From Nitrosopumilus sp. (GTDB lineage: Archaea > Thermoproteota > Nitrososphaeria > Nitrososphaerales > Nitrosopumilaceae): a stretch of DNA of 64,000 nucleotides. Location of the stretch: NCBI GenBank assembly GCA_963662625.1, contig OY759726.1:992001-1056000 (forward strand), in the 5' to 3' direction. Below the pieces are notes generated by a model. That model did no database searches. It was given only the letters and a program-made list of their open reading frames with translations, and had not been told where the DNA came from. Positions within the stretch are counted from its first letter, which is position 1, and every line of letters starts with the position of its first letter. Of this stretch, positions 31,083 through 41,114 are shown one piece after another. A program made the position numbers and the translations under genes.

Positions 31083-32366
31083 TCACGACATCTCCGAGGC
31101 GACGTTCTCCAGCATGACCCTGCCCGCCTCGCCGGGGCCGTCAAAGTTTCCAAACGCCCACATCGCCTTGACCAGCGCCACCTCCGGCAGCATGTCCTCC
31201 AAGGGGACGATGCCGAGGTCTAGCAGGTCCCTGCCGCTCTCGTAGACCGTCATCCTGACCCTGCCGTCTATGCACTGCGAGGTCATCCCGAGAAAGATCC
31301 CTTTCCCCGCGGCGCCCCTTATTGACTCGTACAGCGAGTCCCCCACGTGGCCCAGCCCGGTGCCCTCGAATATCACCCCCCTGTAACCCATGCCGACCAT
31401 CCTGTCGAGGAGCGCCGGGTCGAAGCCGGGGTGGTACTTTACCAGGGCGATCCTGGGATCGACCCCGGTCCTCGGCACGAACTCCGCTTCCCCGAAGAAC
31501 TCGCCCCGGAGGTTCCTGCTGACGCCCTCTGCCACCACGAACGCCGGGTCCCCGCCGACCGTCTGGAACGCGCCCCTCCTGCTGGTGTGGTTCTTCCTCA
31601 CCCTGGTGCCGGCGTGGCACGCGACAGCGCCGTCGTTCCCGTCCAGGTGCATCGCCACGTAGACGCCGCGGGCGCCCTCCTCCACTATGAACCTCGCCGC
31701 CCCGACCAGGTTGAGCGCCGCGTCCGACGAGGCCCTGTCCGAGGATCTCTGGGATCCCACCAGGACTACCGGCGCCGGAAAGCCCGCAAGCGCAAACGAC
31801 AGGAAGGCCGACGTGTAATGCATCGTGTCCGTCCCGTGCGCCACGATTATCCCGGCGTACCCGGATCCGGCGCACGCGCCGATCTCCTCGGCCACGCGGG
31901 TCCAGTGCTCGGGACTCATGTTCTCGGAATGCTCCGACATCACCTCCCTCGCCTCGATGTCGGCGATCTCGGCGATCTCGGGCACCGACGAGACGAGATC
32001 GCCGGCCGAAAGCGCCGGGGTCACGGCGCCTGTCCTGTAGTCCACCCTGCTCGCGATGGTGCCGCCCGTGGACAGCAGGAGGATCCTCGGCAGCCCCCTC
32101 GCGGGCAGCTCCGCGGCCGCGCCGCCCGCGGGTGCCTCGGCAGCCTTGATCCTCTCGACCGCCCTGATCTTCCCGATCTCAAGCCCCACGTTGTACCCGC
32201 TTTCAAGCTTCACCACGACGTGCCCGTCGTCGCCGTGCTCGTACCTGGGCATGACTATGCCGACGTGCGCGATGTCGGCCAGGAACCTCGCCGAGTCGCC
32301 CACGGCCACACCGTGCCTCTTCAGGAACTCCAGGGATTCCCCGGCATACCCGCTGTATTCTGACAT
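31083..32366 (-). CDS. gatD: Glu-tRNA(Gln) amidotransferase subunit D
   Basis: STGGTIASRVDYRTGAV, HGTDT, GSQRSSDR. Confidence 0.96.
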   Translation of the reverse strand: MSEYSGYAGESLEFLKRHGVAVGDSARFLADIAHVGIVMPRYEHGDDGHVVVKLESGYNVGLEIGKIRAVERIKAAEAPAGGAAAELPARGLPRILLLSTGGTIASRVDYRTGAVTPALSAGDLVSSVPEIAEIADIEAREVMSEHSENMSPEHWTRVAEEIGACAGSGYAGIIVAHGTDTMHYTSAFLSFALAGFPAPVVLVGSQRSSDRASSDAALNLVGAARFIVEEGARGVYVAMHLDGNDGAVACHAGTRVRKNHTSRRGAFQTVGGDPAFVVAEGVSRNLRGEFFGEAEFVPRTGVDPRIALVKYHPGFDPALLDRMVGMGYRGVIFEGTGLGHVGDSLYESIRGAAGKGIFLGMTSQCIDGRVRMTVYESGRDLLDLGIVPLEDMLPEVALVKAMWAFGNFDGPGEAGRVMLENVASEMS

Positions 32367-32398
32367 TTACGGGAACTTGGACGGTTATTTTATTAAAA

Positions 32399-34585
32399 CT
32401 ACCTGTAGTAGGATGCCACCAGCTTCTCGCCCATCTTGAGGTCCTTCTGCTCCCTGACCTTCTTTATCGCCTCCTCGAAGTGCTTCATGGCCACCTTGGC
32501 GTCCAGCTGCTTCTTCTCGACGTCCTTCACGTCCGGGTGCGAGTCCAGGAACTCGTGGATGACCAGGGAGACGGCCGTGTTCGCGATGGACGCCGTGTCC
32601 GCCCCGCTCAGGCCGTCGGTTATCTCGGCCAGCTTGTCAAAGTCCACGCGCCTGGGATCGCCGGCGTCGCTGATCGCGGGGATCTTCGCGGCGTTTATCT
32701 TCAGGATGCTCTTGCGGCTCTCCTTGTCGGGCAGCGGGATCTGGATGATCTTGTCGAACCGCCCGGGCCTCAGCAGCGCCGGATCGATCATGTCGGCCCT
32801 GTTCGTGGCGGCCAGGACGACCACCCCGTGCATGTTCTCCATGCCGTCGAGCTCCGTGAGCAGCTGGCTTACCACCCTCTCGGTGACCACCGTCTCCCCG
32901 CCGGCGCCCCTGATGGGAGCTATCGAGTCTATCTCGTCGAAGAACACGACGCACGGGGACGACTGCCTGGCGCGCTTGAATATCTCCCTGATGCCCCTCT
33001 CGGACTCGCCGACCCACTTTGAAAGCAGTTCCGGCCCCCTCACCGAGACGAAGTTCGCCTCGCTCTGGGTGGCCACCGCCTTTGCTAGCAGCGTCTTGCC
33101 GGTGCCGCTCGGGCCGTGGAGCAGTATGCCCCTCGGCATTCTGTGCCCCAGCTTGTCATACAGCCCGGGGTACTTCATCGGCCATTCCACCGCCTCCTGC
33201 AGCTCGCGCTTGACGTCGTCCAGGCCCCCGACGTCCTCCCACTTTACGTCGGGGTTCTCGATGAACACCTCCCTCATGCCCGACGGCGTCACCTCGATCA
33301 GGGCCTTTTGGAAGTCGTCGTGGTTGACCACCAGCTTGTCCAGAGTCTCCGGCGGTATCTTCTCCTCCTCCAGGTTGAGCACCGGCAGCAGCCTCCTGAG
33401 GCACTTCATCGCGGCCTCCTTGCAGAGGTACTCCAGGTCCGCCCCGACGTACCCGTGGCTCACGCTGGATATCTTGTCGGCGTCCACGTCCTCGTGCAGG
33501 GGCATGTTCCTGCTGTGTATCGCAAGTATGTCCTTCCTCCCCTTCTTGTCGGGAACCTTGATCTCGATCTCCCTGTCAAACCGCCCGGGCCTCCTCAGGG
33601 CGGGGTCTATCGCGTTTGGCCTGTTGGTGGCCGATATCACTATGACCTTGCCCCTCGCCTCCAGGCCGTCCATCAGCGACAGCATCTGGGAGACCACCCG
33701 GCGTTCCACCTCGCCTGTCACCTCCTCGCGCTTTGGGGCGATCGAGTCTATCTCGTCCACGAATATTATCGACGGGGCCTTCTCCTTTGCCTCCTTGAAT
33801 ATCTCCCTCAGCCTGGCCTCGCTCTCCCCGTAGAACTTGCTCATTATCTCGGGCCCGGATATGCTGATAAAGTGGGCGTTGCTCTCGTTTGCGACCGCCT
33901 TTGCGAGCAGCGTCTTGCCGGTCCCCGGCGGCCCGTAAAGCAGGACGCCCTTGGGGGCCTCTATTCCGAGCTTCTCGAAGATCTCGGGGTGCCTCAGCGG
34001 GAGCTCGATCATCTCCCTGACCTTCTTGATCTCGTCGGTAAGCCCGCCGATGTCCTCGTACGTCACCTGCGGGACGCCGCGCAGCGTCTCCCCCTTCTCC
34101 GCTATGTGGAACACCGTCTTCTGCGTGATCAGCACGGCGTCGGCGGCCGGGGTGATCCCTATCACCTGGAACGTGAGCCTTCCCCCGAAGTACGGCACCA
34201 TCACGTTGTCCCCCTTTATCAGCGGAACGCTCTCCAGCGCGTCGGCGAGGTACCTCTCGTCGATCGGCGGTATGGCTTCCAGCGGGGCCACCACCACCTT
34301 CTCCGCGGCCACCGCCTTTATCTTCCTGACCGTGATCGTGTCGCCTATGGCGATCCCCGAGTTGTTCCTGCCAAGCCCGTCGATCCTGATGATCCCCTTT
34401 CCCTCGTCGGACGGGTACAGCGGCAGGCACTTCGCGACGGTCCTCCTCTTGCCCTTGATCTCTATGACGTCCCCCGTCGACGCGTTCAGCGTGTCCATCG
34501 AGTCGTAGTCGATCCTGGCGACCCCCCTGCCGACGTCCCTGGTGTATGCCTCCAGCACCTTGAGGGCCAGGGCGTTTTTGCTCAT
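32399..34585 (-). CDS. cdc48: CDC48/VCP family AAA ATPase
   Basis: N domain plus two AAA modules ([22 protein letters not shown] twice). Confidence 0.97.
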   Translation of the reverse strand: MSKNALALKVLEAYTRDVGRGVARIDYDSMDTLNASTGDVIEIKGKRRTVAKCLPLYPSDEGKGIIRIDGLGRNNSGIAIGDTITVRKIKAVAAEKVVVAPLEAIPPIDERYLADALESVPLIKGDNVMVPYFGGRLTFQVIGITPAADAVLITQKTVFHIAEKGETLRGVPQVTYEDIGGLTDEIKKVREMIELPLRHPEIFEKLGIEAPKGVLLYGPPGTGKTLLAKAVANESNAHFISISGPEIMSKFYGESEARLREIFKEAKEKAPSIIFVDEIDSIAPKREEVTGEVERRVVSQMLSLMDGLEARGKVIVISATNRPNAIDPALRRPGRFDREIEIKVPDKKGRKDILAIHSRNMPLHEDVDADKISSVSHGYVGADLEYLCKEAAMKCLRRLLPVLNLEEEKIPPETLDKLVVNHDDFQKALIEVTPSGMREVFIENPDVKWEDVGGLDDVKRELQEAVEWPMKYPGLYDKLGHRMPRGILLHGPSGTGKTLLAKAVATQSEANFVSVRGPELLSKWVGESERGIREIFKRARQSSPCVVFFDEIDSIAPIRGAGGETVVTERVVSQLLTELDGMENMHGVVVLAATNRADMIDPALLRPGRFDKIIQIPLPDKESRKSILKINAAKIPAISDAGDPRRVDFDKLAEITDGLSGADTASIANTAVSLVIHEFLDSHPDVKDVEKKQLDAKVAMKHFEEAIKKVREQKDLKMGEKLVASYYR

Positions 34586-34869
34586 AATGCAAATCCGTCC
34601 GCCTAATTTTTATATCTTTGTTAGTTTTTATCCTGTTGCTCAATCCCCCCATGATCGCAAAAACGCGGCGGATCTCGTGCCTGGGGGCGCCTCTTTCTGC
34701 CCGCGGCGGCGCGCCTGCTGCCGCTCGCCCTGCCCGGACGGGCCCGTCCCGCGCGTAGCCGCAGGCATGGGCCGCCCCCGGGCGCGGCGCGCGGCCCGCG
34801 GGGGCGGGAGCTTGCAGCGCCCCTGCCAAAACAAAGCTTAAAATCATCAGTGGGCACGAGACGATCTAC

Positions 34870-35604
34870 TTGGGCAAGAGACCATTAGTGAGGAGACGGG
34901 GCCGCGGAGGAAACCAGTTTAGGGCCGCGTCCACGGGAAAGGTGGGCAGCAAGGCAAGGTACCCGCGGTTTTCCCTGTCGGAGCAGCATGACGGCGCGGT
35001 GATCGACCTGGTGCACGAGCGCGGCAGGGACGCGCCGCTGGCCAAGGTAAGGTTCGAGGACGGCTCCGTGTCGTTCGTACCTGCGGTGCTCGGAACGAAG
35101 GTGGGCGCCGTGCTCCAGTTCGGGCTAAAGTCGCAGATCGAGCCGGGCAACGTCATCAGCGTGCAGAACATCCCGGACGGGACCATAGTCTGCAACGTGG
35201 AAAAGCACTTCGGCGACGGCGGCGCAATCGTAAAGTCCGCCGGCACCAACGCGACGATATTCTCCCACGGCGACGAGGGCGTCACGCTAAAGCTGCCGTC
35301 CGGCAAGTTCGCCACCCTGAACCCCAAAAACAGGGCGATGATCGGGACGCTGGCCGGCGGAGGCGCCGGCGAGAGGCCCTTCATGAGCGCCGGCAACAAG
35401 TGGCGCAGCTTTTCGGCCAAGGGCAGGAAGTACCCGATCGTCCGGGGAGTGGCCCAGGCGGCATACGTGCACCCGCACGGCGGCGGAAGGCACCAGCACG
35501 TCGGCCAGAGCTCCACCGTCTCGCGCAACGCCCCGCCCGGAGCCAAGGTGGGCAGCATAGCGGCAAGAAAGACGGGCAGGGCCAGGATCAAGGAGAGGAA
35601 ATAG
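34870..35604 (+). CDS. rpl2: 50S ribosomal protein L2
   Basis: MGKR..RRRGRG, VRGVA...HPHGGG, PPGAKVGSIAARKTG. Confidence 0.97.
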   Translation: MGKRPLVRRRGRGGNQFRAASTGKVGSKARYPRFSLSEQHDGAVIDLVHERGRDAPLAKVRFEDGSVSFVPAVLGTKVGAVLQFGLKSQIEPGNVISVQNIPDGTIVCNVEKHFGDGGAIVKSAGTNATIFSHGDEGVTLKLPSGKFATLNPKNRAMIGTLAGGGAGERPFMSAGNKWRSFSAKGRKYPIVRGVAQAAYVHPHGGGRHQHVGQSSTVSRNAPPGAKVGSIAARKTGRARIKERK

Positions 35605-35686
35605 CCCGGCGCCATCGGCTCCCTGGCGGCAGCCGACACGCGCCACGGCCAAACTTGATTAATGGCCGATTGGAACCAGACTCTGC

Positions 35687-35965
35687 ATGGCAAGCCAACG
35701 GGTGCGCATATTCGTCACCGGGAAGGTCCAGGGGGTGTTCTTCCGCCAGGCAATGAAGGTGACTGCCAAAAAGAACGGCGTCTCCGGCTGGGTGAGGAAC
35801 CTGCAGGACGGCAGGGTCGAGGCGGTCGTCGAGGGGGACGAGAGGGACGTGTGCAGGATGATAGAGTGGTCCCACGCCGGGCCCGCCAACGCGAGGGTGG
35901 AGGACGTCGAGATCCAAAACGAGGAATTCTCCGGCGGGTTTTCAGAATTCGACGTCCTATACTGA
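35687..35965 (+). CDS. acyP: Acylphosphatase
   Basis: GKVQGVFFR, GWVRNLQDGRVE. Confidence 0.95.
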   Translation: MASQRVRIFVTGKVQGVFFRQAMKVTAKKNGVSGWVRNLQDGRVEAVVEGDERDVCRMIEWSHAGPANARVEDVEIQNEEFSGGFSEFDVLY

Positions 35966-36000
35966 CGCGGCCCGGACGGCCGCGCCGTGGCAAATTGTGA

Positions 36001-36316
36001 GGCAGTAGCCCCGCCGGTTCCGGTCCGGACAGATGGCCCCGTTTCGAGGCGCACAAGATCCGCCACGTTGACGGGGAAGCGTGGATGTTCCGCCTTAGGA
36101 CTGCTCCCTCCCGGACCTCGTCCCTTTCGACGGTTCGGGCCTCGAAGCCGTCCCTTCGGACGATTCTGGCCCTGCAACCACCCGCCCCGGCGTGATTTCA
36201 TTTCCGCACGCCAGGCGGGAACCACCCGCCCGGAGATTTACCCGACGGTTGCTGATCTCTGCATGTAGCCGGTTTCAGAATGGGGCACGGCTGGCACCCC
36301 GATCCTGCCTACTGCC
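36001..36316 (-). ncRNA. ffs: Signal recognition particle (7S) RNA
   Basis: 316 nt closed by a terminal helix GGCAGTAG/CTACTGCC; helix-8 SRP54-binding motif GACGAGGTCC-GGGA-GGGAGCAGTC on the minus strand. Confidence 0.85.
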
Positions 36317-36348
36317 GCATTTCCTACGGAACCCGCGTTATATGTGCA

Positions 36349-37263
36349 TTAGGTTTGCCCCCGCCGCAGATCCGCGATGATGCCGCACACCGAGCACACG
36401 TCCCCCGTGCACCCGCTGCCGCACCTGCTGCACAGGTACCTTTCCTTGCCCCCGTCCTTCTTTACTGCCTGGGAGACCCTGAGGACCGACCTGTACAGGC
36501 TGTTCTTGATCCCGCTGTGCCTGCCCTCCAGGGAGTTCAGGAACTCTCGGATCTCCCCCCTGATCCCCTCGTCCATGTGCGGGCACGGCTCGGACTGGAA
36601 CGGGATGCCGTTGGTAAACGCGTAAAACACGATCTCCTCCTCGTAGATCTCGCAGAACGGCTTGATCTTCCTCACGTCGTTTGACGACGTGTCGGGATCC
36701 ATCCACCCTATCTTGCCGGTGTCCCCCGACAGCATGTTTATCACGAACGTCTGCAGCGTGTCGTCCAGGTTGTGCCCGGTCGCCACGGCGTCGGCCCCGA
36801 TGTCCGCCGCCGCGCGGTCCATCGCCCTCCTCCTCAGCGTGCCGCATATGGAGCAAGACGAGATCCTCCGGCTGCCCCTCAGCCCCAGCGCCTCGTCCAG
36901 CGTCATGTCGAACAGGTCCCTGTACGAGAACACCTCGTGTTCCACCCCGAGCCTGCCGCAAAAGTCCCCGACCAGCCCCAGCGCCTCGTCCCTGTACCCA
37001 GGGATGCCCTCGTCGATCGTGATTGCCTTGATCCTGAAGTTGTGCGCGCCGGCCATCTGCCCCATGACGTCTAGCAGCGCCAGCGAGTCCTTCCCGCCCG
37101 ACACGGCCACCGCCACCAGCTCGCCGTTGCCGATCATGCTGTGCCTCGAGATGGTCTTTGCCGCCTTCCGGACGATCGAGCTTGAAAAGCACCCCCCGCA
37201 CAGCCTCTCGCCGGAGTACCTGCGGGCGTACGCCGCCGGGCCCTCGCACCTGTCGCACTTCAT
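36349..37263 (-). CDS. tRNA 2-thiolation protein (TtuA/NcsA, TIGR00269 family)
   Basis: Terminal Zn fingers, PP-loop SGGKDS, CSICG, TGHNLDD. Confidence 0.9.
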   Translation of the reverse strand: MKCDRCEGPAAYARRYSGERLCGGCFSSSIVRKAAKTISRHSMIGNGELVAVAVSGGKDSLALLDVMGQMAGAHNFRIKAITIDEGIPGYRDEALGLVGDFCGRLGVEHEVFSYRDLFDMTLDEALGLRGSRRISSCSICGTLRRRAMDRAAADIGADAVATGHNLDDTLQTFVINMLSGDTGKIGWMDPDTSSNDVRKIKPFCEIYEEEIVFYAFTNGIPFQSEPCPHMDEGIRGEIREFLNSLEGRHSGIKNSLYRSVLRVSQAVKKDGGKERYLCSRCGSGCTGDVCSVCGIIADLRRGQT

Positions 37264-37296
37264 GGAGGTGCCTGCGTTTTTTTCACTAATGACTCT

Positions 37297-38496
37297 TTAG
37301 ATGGTGAACCATCCCGACTTTACGTACGACAGCGCGATGTTGAGCCCGAACAGCACGAACGTGAAGGCGTAGATCCCCCACATCGTCCTCTGCACCGCGT
37401 CCTCCGAGATCTTCTCGTCTATGATGGAATGGATGAACTTGCCCCCGTCCAGGATGGGCAGCGGCAGCATGTTGATGATCCCGATGAAGAACGAGATCAT
37501 CCAGAGCCACAGCAGGAACACGGACAGGTTGTGGTCGTTCCACTCGATAAAGTCCAGGACTGGCTTGTACATGGCGTTGTCCCGCATGATCCCGATCATC
37601 CCACGCTCGGGGTCGTCGGGTGAGGGCGTGATCTCCACCGCAAAGTCGAGCTGCTGCCCGCCCCTCAGCACGGAGACGTCCGCAACGTCCCCCGGCGCTA
37701 TGCCCGCCCGCTGGAAGTCAAGCGCCGTGTGGACGGGCACCCCGTTGACCGAGGTGATGACGTCGTTGGCCAGCAGCCCGGCCCTCTCAGCGCCGCCGCC
37801 CTCTATGATCGAGACGACCAGGACGCCGTCCGGCGCGTCGTAAAAGGCGCCGAGTATCGGCTCGGGCAGGATCACCGCGAACAGCGGGTTGGTCAGGAGT
37901 ATGGCCCCCAGCACGAACGCGAATAGCACGTTTGAGGTCGCCCCGGCCCCTATGACCCTGAGCTTCGAGATCTTCCTGGCCTTCTTGAACTCCTCCTCGT
38001 CGGGCTCGACGAACCCGGCGAACATGGCTATGAAGATGGCGAACCCGCCCGTCTTGATCTTGATCTTCTCGAGGGTGGCGACGATCCCGTGCGCGCCCTC
38101 GTGGATCACCAGGACGATCGGTATGGAAAGCAGGAAGTAGGCGATGGATGACGACGACGTCAGCGTTATGCCGGGGATGAGCACCGTCAGCTCCGCAAAG
38201 TCGGTGGGCGTCACGAAGAACGCCGCGACGTTCGAGATCAGGAACCAGAACGCAAAGCCCATCATCCCGAACCCCGCGATCACGCTTACGTCTGCGAAGA
38301 CCCTGATCCCGCGCTTCGTCCTGCCGAGGATCCTCGTCAGCACGCCCTGCACCTGCCGGTTCTTGTACACTATGCTGTACACCTTCAGCTCGAACCCGTG
38401 CCTATCCAGCTTCAGCGCCTTTGCCGCCCCCAGGATAACCACCCAGGCCAACAACACGTAGATTATCGAGTTGTCGGTAATAAAATCAAGTTCCAA
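37297..38496 (-). CDS. Site-2 protease (M50) with PDZ domain
   Basis: HEGAH, NMLPLPILDGG, PDZ-like AERAGL..NDVI. Confidence 0.93.
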   Translation of the reverse strand: MELDFITDNSIIYVLLAWVVILGAAKALKLDRHGFELKVYSIVYKNRQVQGVLTRILGRTKRGIRVFADVSVIAGFGMMGFAFWFLISNVAAFFVTPTDFAELTVLIPGITLTSSSSIAYFLLSIPIVLVIHEGAHGIVATLEKIKIKTGGFAIFIAMFAGFVEPDEEEFKKARKISKLRVIGAGATSNVLFAFVLGAILLTNPLFAVILPEPILGAFYDAPDGVLVVSIIEGGGAERAGLLANDVITSVNGVPVHTALDFQRAGIAPGDVADVSVLRGGQQLDFAVEITPSPDDPERGMIGIMRDNAMYKPVLDFIEWNDHNLSVFLLWLWMISFFIGIINMLPLPILDGGKFIHSIIDEKISEDAVQRTMWGIYAFTFVLFGLNIALSYVKSGWFTI

Positions 38497-38540
38497 ACTG
38501 GTTGCTAATTTTTTTAAACTACGGCCATTTATCGGTTACT

Positions 38541-38852
38541 ATGAAGCCGGCCATGATCGTCTCGACTTATCCCGACAGGCGCAGCCTGGCCAGGGTCGCA
38601 GACCAGCTGGTGCGCTCGCGGGTCGCCGCGTGCGTGAACATCTCGAGGACGTCGTCAGTCTACCTGTGGAAGGGGAAGGTCGAGAGCTCGCCGGAGTACG
38701 TCGGGCTGTTCAAGACCACCCAGGAGAACAAGGACGCACTGAAGGAAAAGATCAGGGAGACCCACCCCTACGACGTACCGGAGATAGCCGAGATAGACGT
38801 CGCCTCCGTGAACAGGCCGTACCTGGACTGGCTCGTCGAGTCCACGTCCTAG
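38541..38852 (+). CDS. cutA: Divalent-cation tolerance protein CutA
   Basis: AACVN, SVYLWKG, HPYDVPEI. Confidence 0.93.
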   Translation: MKPAMIVSTYPDRRSLARVADQLVRSRVAACVNISRTSSVYLWKGKVESSPEYVGLFKTTQENKDALKEKIRETHPYDVPEIAEIDVASVNRPYLDWLVESTS

Positions 38853-39892
38853 GCGTCCAGGGCATAGCGCAGCAGGGACACGATGCCGCCCAGCCCGGTC
38901 ACCCTCAGGCCAAGATCCGTCGTCGAGTCCACGCCGAACGTCTGCGCGCCCTTGCCCTCCGCGCTGTTCAGCAGCCCGATCACCGCGTCCTCGTCATGCG
39001 ACTGGATGGCCCTGTCGGAGAACACCAGCAGCCTGACCGCGCCCAACCCGTCTGCCCTCCGCGTCTCCTCCAGCCCCATGGTGAACTTCCTGCTCTTCCT
39101 GCTCGCAAGCACCATCACCTCGTCGATTATGGACGAGACCCTTGCAAGCTTGCTCTCCGACATTATCTCCCTCATCACCTGCGACTTTGTGAAGGTGTAG
39201 ATGCCGTCCTCGCCGCCGGAGTCTATCCCCTCTGCCACCCGCACGCTGTACCCGCCCCTCGCCTGCAGGAAGTTGGCAAACTTCCTCTTCGTCTCCCCCG
39301 GGCCGAACACCACCACCGGGCACTCCCCCCCGCCCGCGGTGTCCAGCGCCCGCCGGGCCCGCTCGAAGAACTTCCCGATGTCAAAGGAGGTCTTGTACCT
39401 CTTCCCGCCGGCGCCCGAGTAGATGTTGGGGGAAAGCTCCACGTGGGTCCCCTTCAGACTCGCCACCCCGCAGTCCGACGTGTCTATCGCGACCAGGACG
39501 AAGCCGGCGTGGCCGCCGCCGGATCTGAGCAGCCTCCTCTCCACGCCGGACCACCTCTTCTTCGAGATCGTGAACCCCTCGTTGATCCTCAGCGTGAGCG
39601 CGTGGTGCGACCCGTGCGGGACGGACTCGTTGTTTGACTCCAGGATGGTCCCCGACACGCGCAGCCTGTCAAGCGCGTCGTCCAGGGAGACCCTCTCGGC
39701 CGCGAGCGCGACGCGTATCCTGACCCTCTCGCCCTTGCCGGGCCTCGCGTACTCCCTGTCCAGCTTGATCGTCCTGTAGGTGTCCCCCGTCACCCTGTCG
39801 CCCGGCTTTATCACCCGCCGGAGGCTCAGCATGTCGTCCGGGTCCTCGGCGATCACGGATACGGCGTTCTCGTCGACGTGCCTCTTGATCAC
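38849..39892 (-). CDS. pelA: Pelota/Dom34 mRNA surveillance protein
   Basis: EDPDDM..L, RLRVSGTI, GSHHAL, GLGGIVSLLRY. Confidence 0.9.
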   Translation of the reverse strand: MIKRHVDENAVSVIAEDPDDMLSLRRVIKPGDRVTGDTYRTIKLDREYARPGKGERVRIRVALAAERVSLDDALDRLRVSGTILESNNESVPHGSHHALTLRINEGFTISKKRWSGVERRLLRSGGGHAGFVLVAIDTSDCGVASLKGTHVELSPNIYSGAGGKRYKTSFDIGKFFERARRALDTAGGGECPVVVFGPGETKRKFANFLQARGGYSVRVAEGIDSGGEDGIYTFTKSQVMREIMSESKLARVSSIIDEVMVLASRKSRKFTMGLEETRRADGLGAVRLLVFSDRAIQSHDEDAVIGLLNSAEGKGAQTFGVDSTTDLGLRVTGLGGIVSLLRYALDA

Positions 39893-39924
39893 GGTGCATC
39901 ACCCGGGCGCGGAAGGAAAGGGGG

Positions 39925-40332
39925 CTAGCCTGCCTTGCCCGGCAGCCCCGCCTTCTTCTTCATGTAGTTCTCCACCCAGTCAAGCGTCAGGACCCCCGCC
40001 TCGGCCAGGTTGGTCAGGGAGTTTGACGACGCCTCCCCCGTAACCTTGCCGTTGTTCCTCCTGATCTGGCGCCACTTGAGCGACGTATTGCCGCTCTTGG
40101 AGTTGTATATTATCCCGAGCACGTCCCTCGCGTTGACGAACGTGATGTCCCGGATCTTCTTCAGCGTAACCTTGTCGGCGGCCTCCACGTATATGGAACC
40201 CAGGCCGTCCTCCCTTTCCGCGAACACCTCGAAGTCGCTCAGGTAGCTCCTCGGGGCGTACGACCTGCACGTGCTCCCTATTATGAACCTCCTGAAGTTC
40301 TCCAGCGATGCCGGGACGTCTATGGCGACCAT
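39925..40332 (-). CDS. Hypothetical protein (135 aa)
   Basis: Clean ORF, host codon usage, unbiased amino-acid composition. Confidence 0.75.
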   Translation of the reverse strand: MVAIDVPASLENFRRFIIGSTCRSYAPRSYLSDFEVFAEREDGLGSIYVEAADKVTLKKIRDITFVNARDVLGIIYNSKSGNTSLKWRQIRRNNGKVTGEASSNSLTNLAEAGVLTLDWVENYMKKKAGLPGKAG

Positions 40333-40410
40333 TCCTAATGGATGGATAACATGCCATTTATCAAGCTTCTTGAAAGACTCAATAGGCCGCCCGGGGATAC
40401 TGACTCGCGG

Positions 40411-40462
40411 GCGGTGATGAACCTATCCCTATGAGCGGTGATGAGGATCTTGAGTTCTGAGC
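40411..40462 (+). ncRNA. Box C/D 2'-O-methylation guide sRNA
   Basis: C box GTGATGA (40414), 10-nt guide, D' ATGA, C' GTGATGA, 12-nt guide GGATCTTGAGTT, D box CTGA (40457-40460); intergenic. Confidence 0.8.
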
Positions 40463-40504
40463 CTGTGCCCAGAACTTTTATGGCGCGCCGCCGCACCGGT
40501 CGCC

Positions 40505-40924
40505 ATGAAGTCCCTCACCGAGTACCTCACCTTCGAAGTCGGGTCCAGGCGCGCGTTCGTCAACATCACCCCGGCCGTGGGAAGGCTGGTCGAGAAGAGC
40601 CGGGTGCGGGAGGGATTGTGCCTCGTCAACGCGATGCACATCACGGCCAGCGTGTTCGTCAACGACGACGAGGCCGGGCTCCACAGCGACTACGAGCGGT
40701 GGCTGGAGGGCCTCGCCCCGCACGAGCCAGTCGGGCAGTACGATCACAACAAGACCGGCGAGGACAACGCTGACGCCCACCTGAAGAGGCAGGTCATGGG
40801 CCGCGAGGCGGTAATCGCCATCACCGGCGGCCGGCTGGACTTTGGCCCCTGGGAGCAGATCTTCTACGGCGAGTTTGACGGCAGAAGGCCCAAGCGGGTC
40901 CTGGTCAAGATCATCGGCGAGTGA
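40505..40924 (+). CDS. yjbQ: YjbQ/UPF0047 family protein
   Basis: [29 protein letters not shown]. Confidence 0.92.
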   Translation: MKSLTEYLTFEVGSRRAFVNITPAVGRLVEKSRVREGLCLVNAMHITASVFVNDDEAGLHSDYERWLEGLAPHEPVGQYDHNKTGEDNADAHLKRQVMGREAVIAITGGRLDFGPWEQIFYGEFDGRRPKRVLVKIIGE

Positions 40925-40927
40925 CGC

Positions 40928-41092
40928 TCAGCCAAAGTCCGCGTCGCGCTTCTGGCCCTGAGCCTCGTTCTTTCTCGCGGCGGCCCTGAACTCGTCGTCG
41001 TGGTTCTGCGGGCCGTGGCCGCACTCCGTGCACGCGACCTTGTAGCCGTTGGCGTCCCTCCGGTAGGACTCGCACCCGCAGAAGCACGCCAT
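40928..41092 (-). CDS. Small Cys/His-rich protein (54 aa, not in ORF track)
   Basis: Read from DNA: MACFCGCESYRRDANGYKVACTECGHGPQNHDDEFRAAARKNEAQGQKRDADFG; fills the gap downstream of the DtxR gene. Confidence 0.7.
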   Translation of the reverse strand: MACFCGCESYRRDANGYKVACTECGHGPQNHDDEFRAAARKNEAQGQKRDADFG

Positions 41093-41114
41093 GGACGTCC
41101 GTGCCCTCCCGGGG

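Noticed and set aside
29206-34847. Long antisense and alternate-frame ORFs (e.g. 29206-30648, 32436-33833, 33116-34606; also 14460-15734, 22647-23840, 52678-54213, 57309-58883)
   Set aside because: Shadow ORFs of well-supported genes, expected from high GC3 and few stop codons; no motifs.
34620-34860. MITE or ncRNA in the GC-rich cdc48-rpl2 spacer
   Set aside because: No clear TIRs, target duplication or second copy in the window; more simply a GC-drifted spacer between divergent promoters.
36001-36316. RNase P RNA or protein-coding ORFs in this gap
   Set aside because: RNase P conserved motifs were not found, the SRP helix-8 motif and terminal helix fit better, and the overlapping ORFs are Arg/Pro-rich noise.
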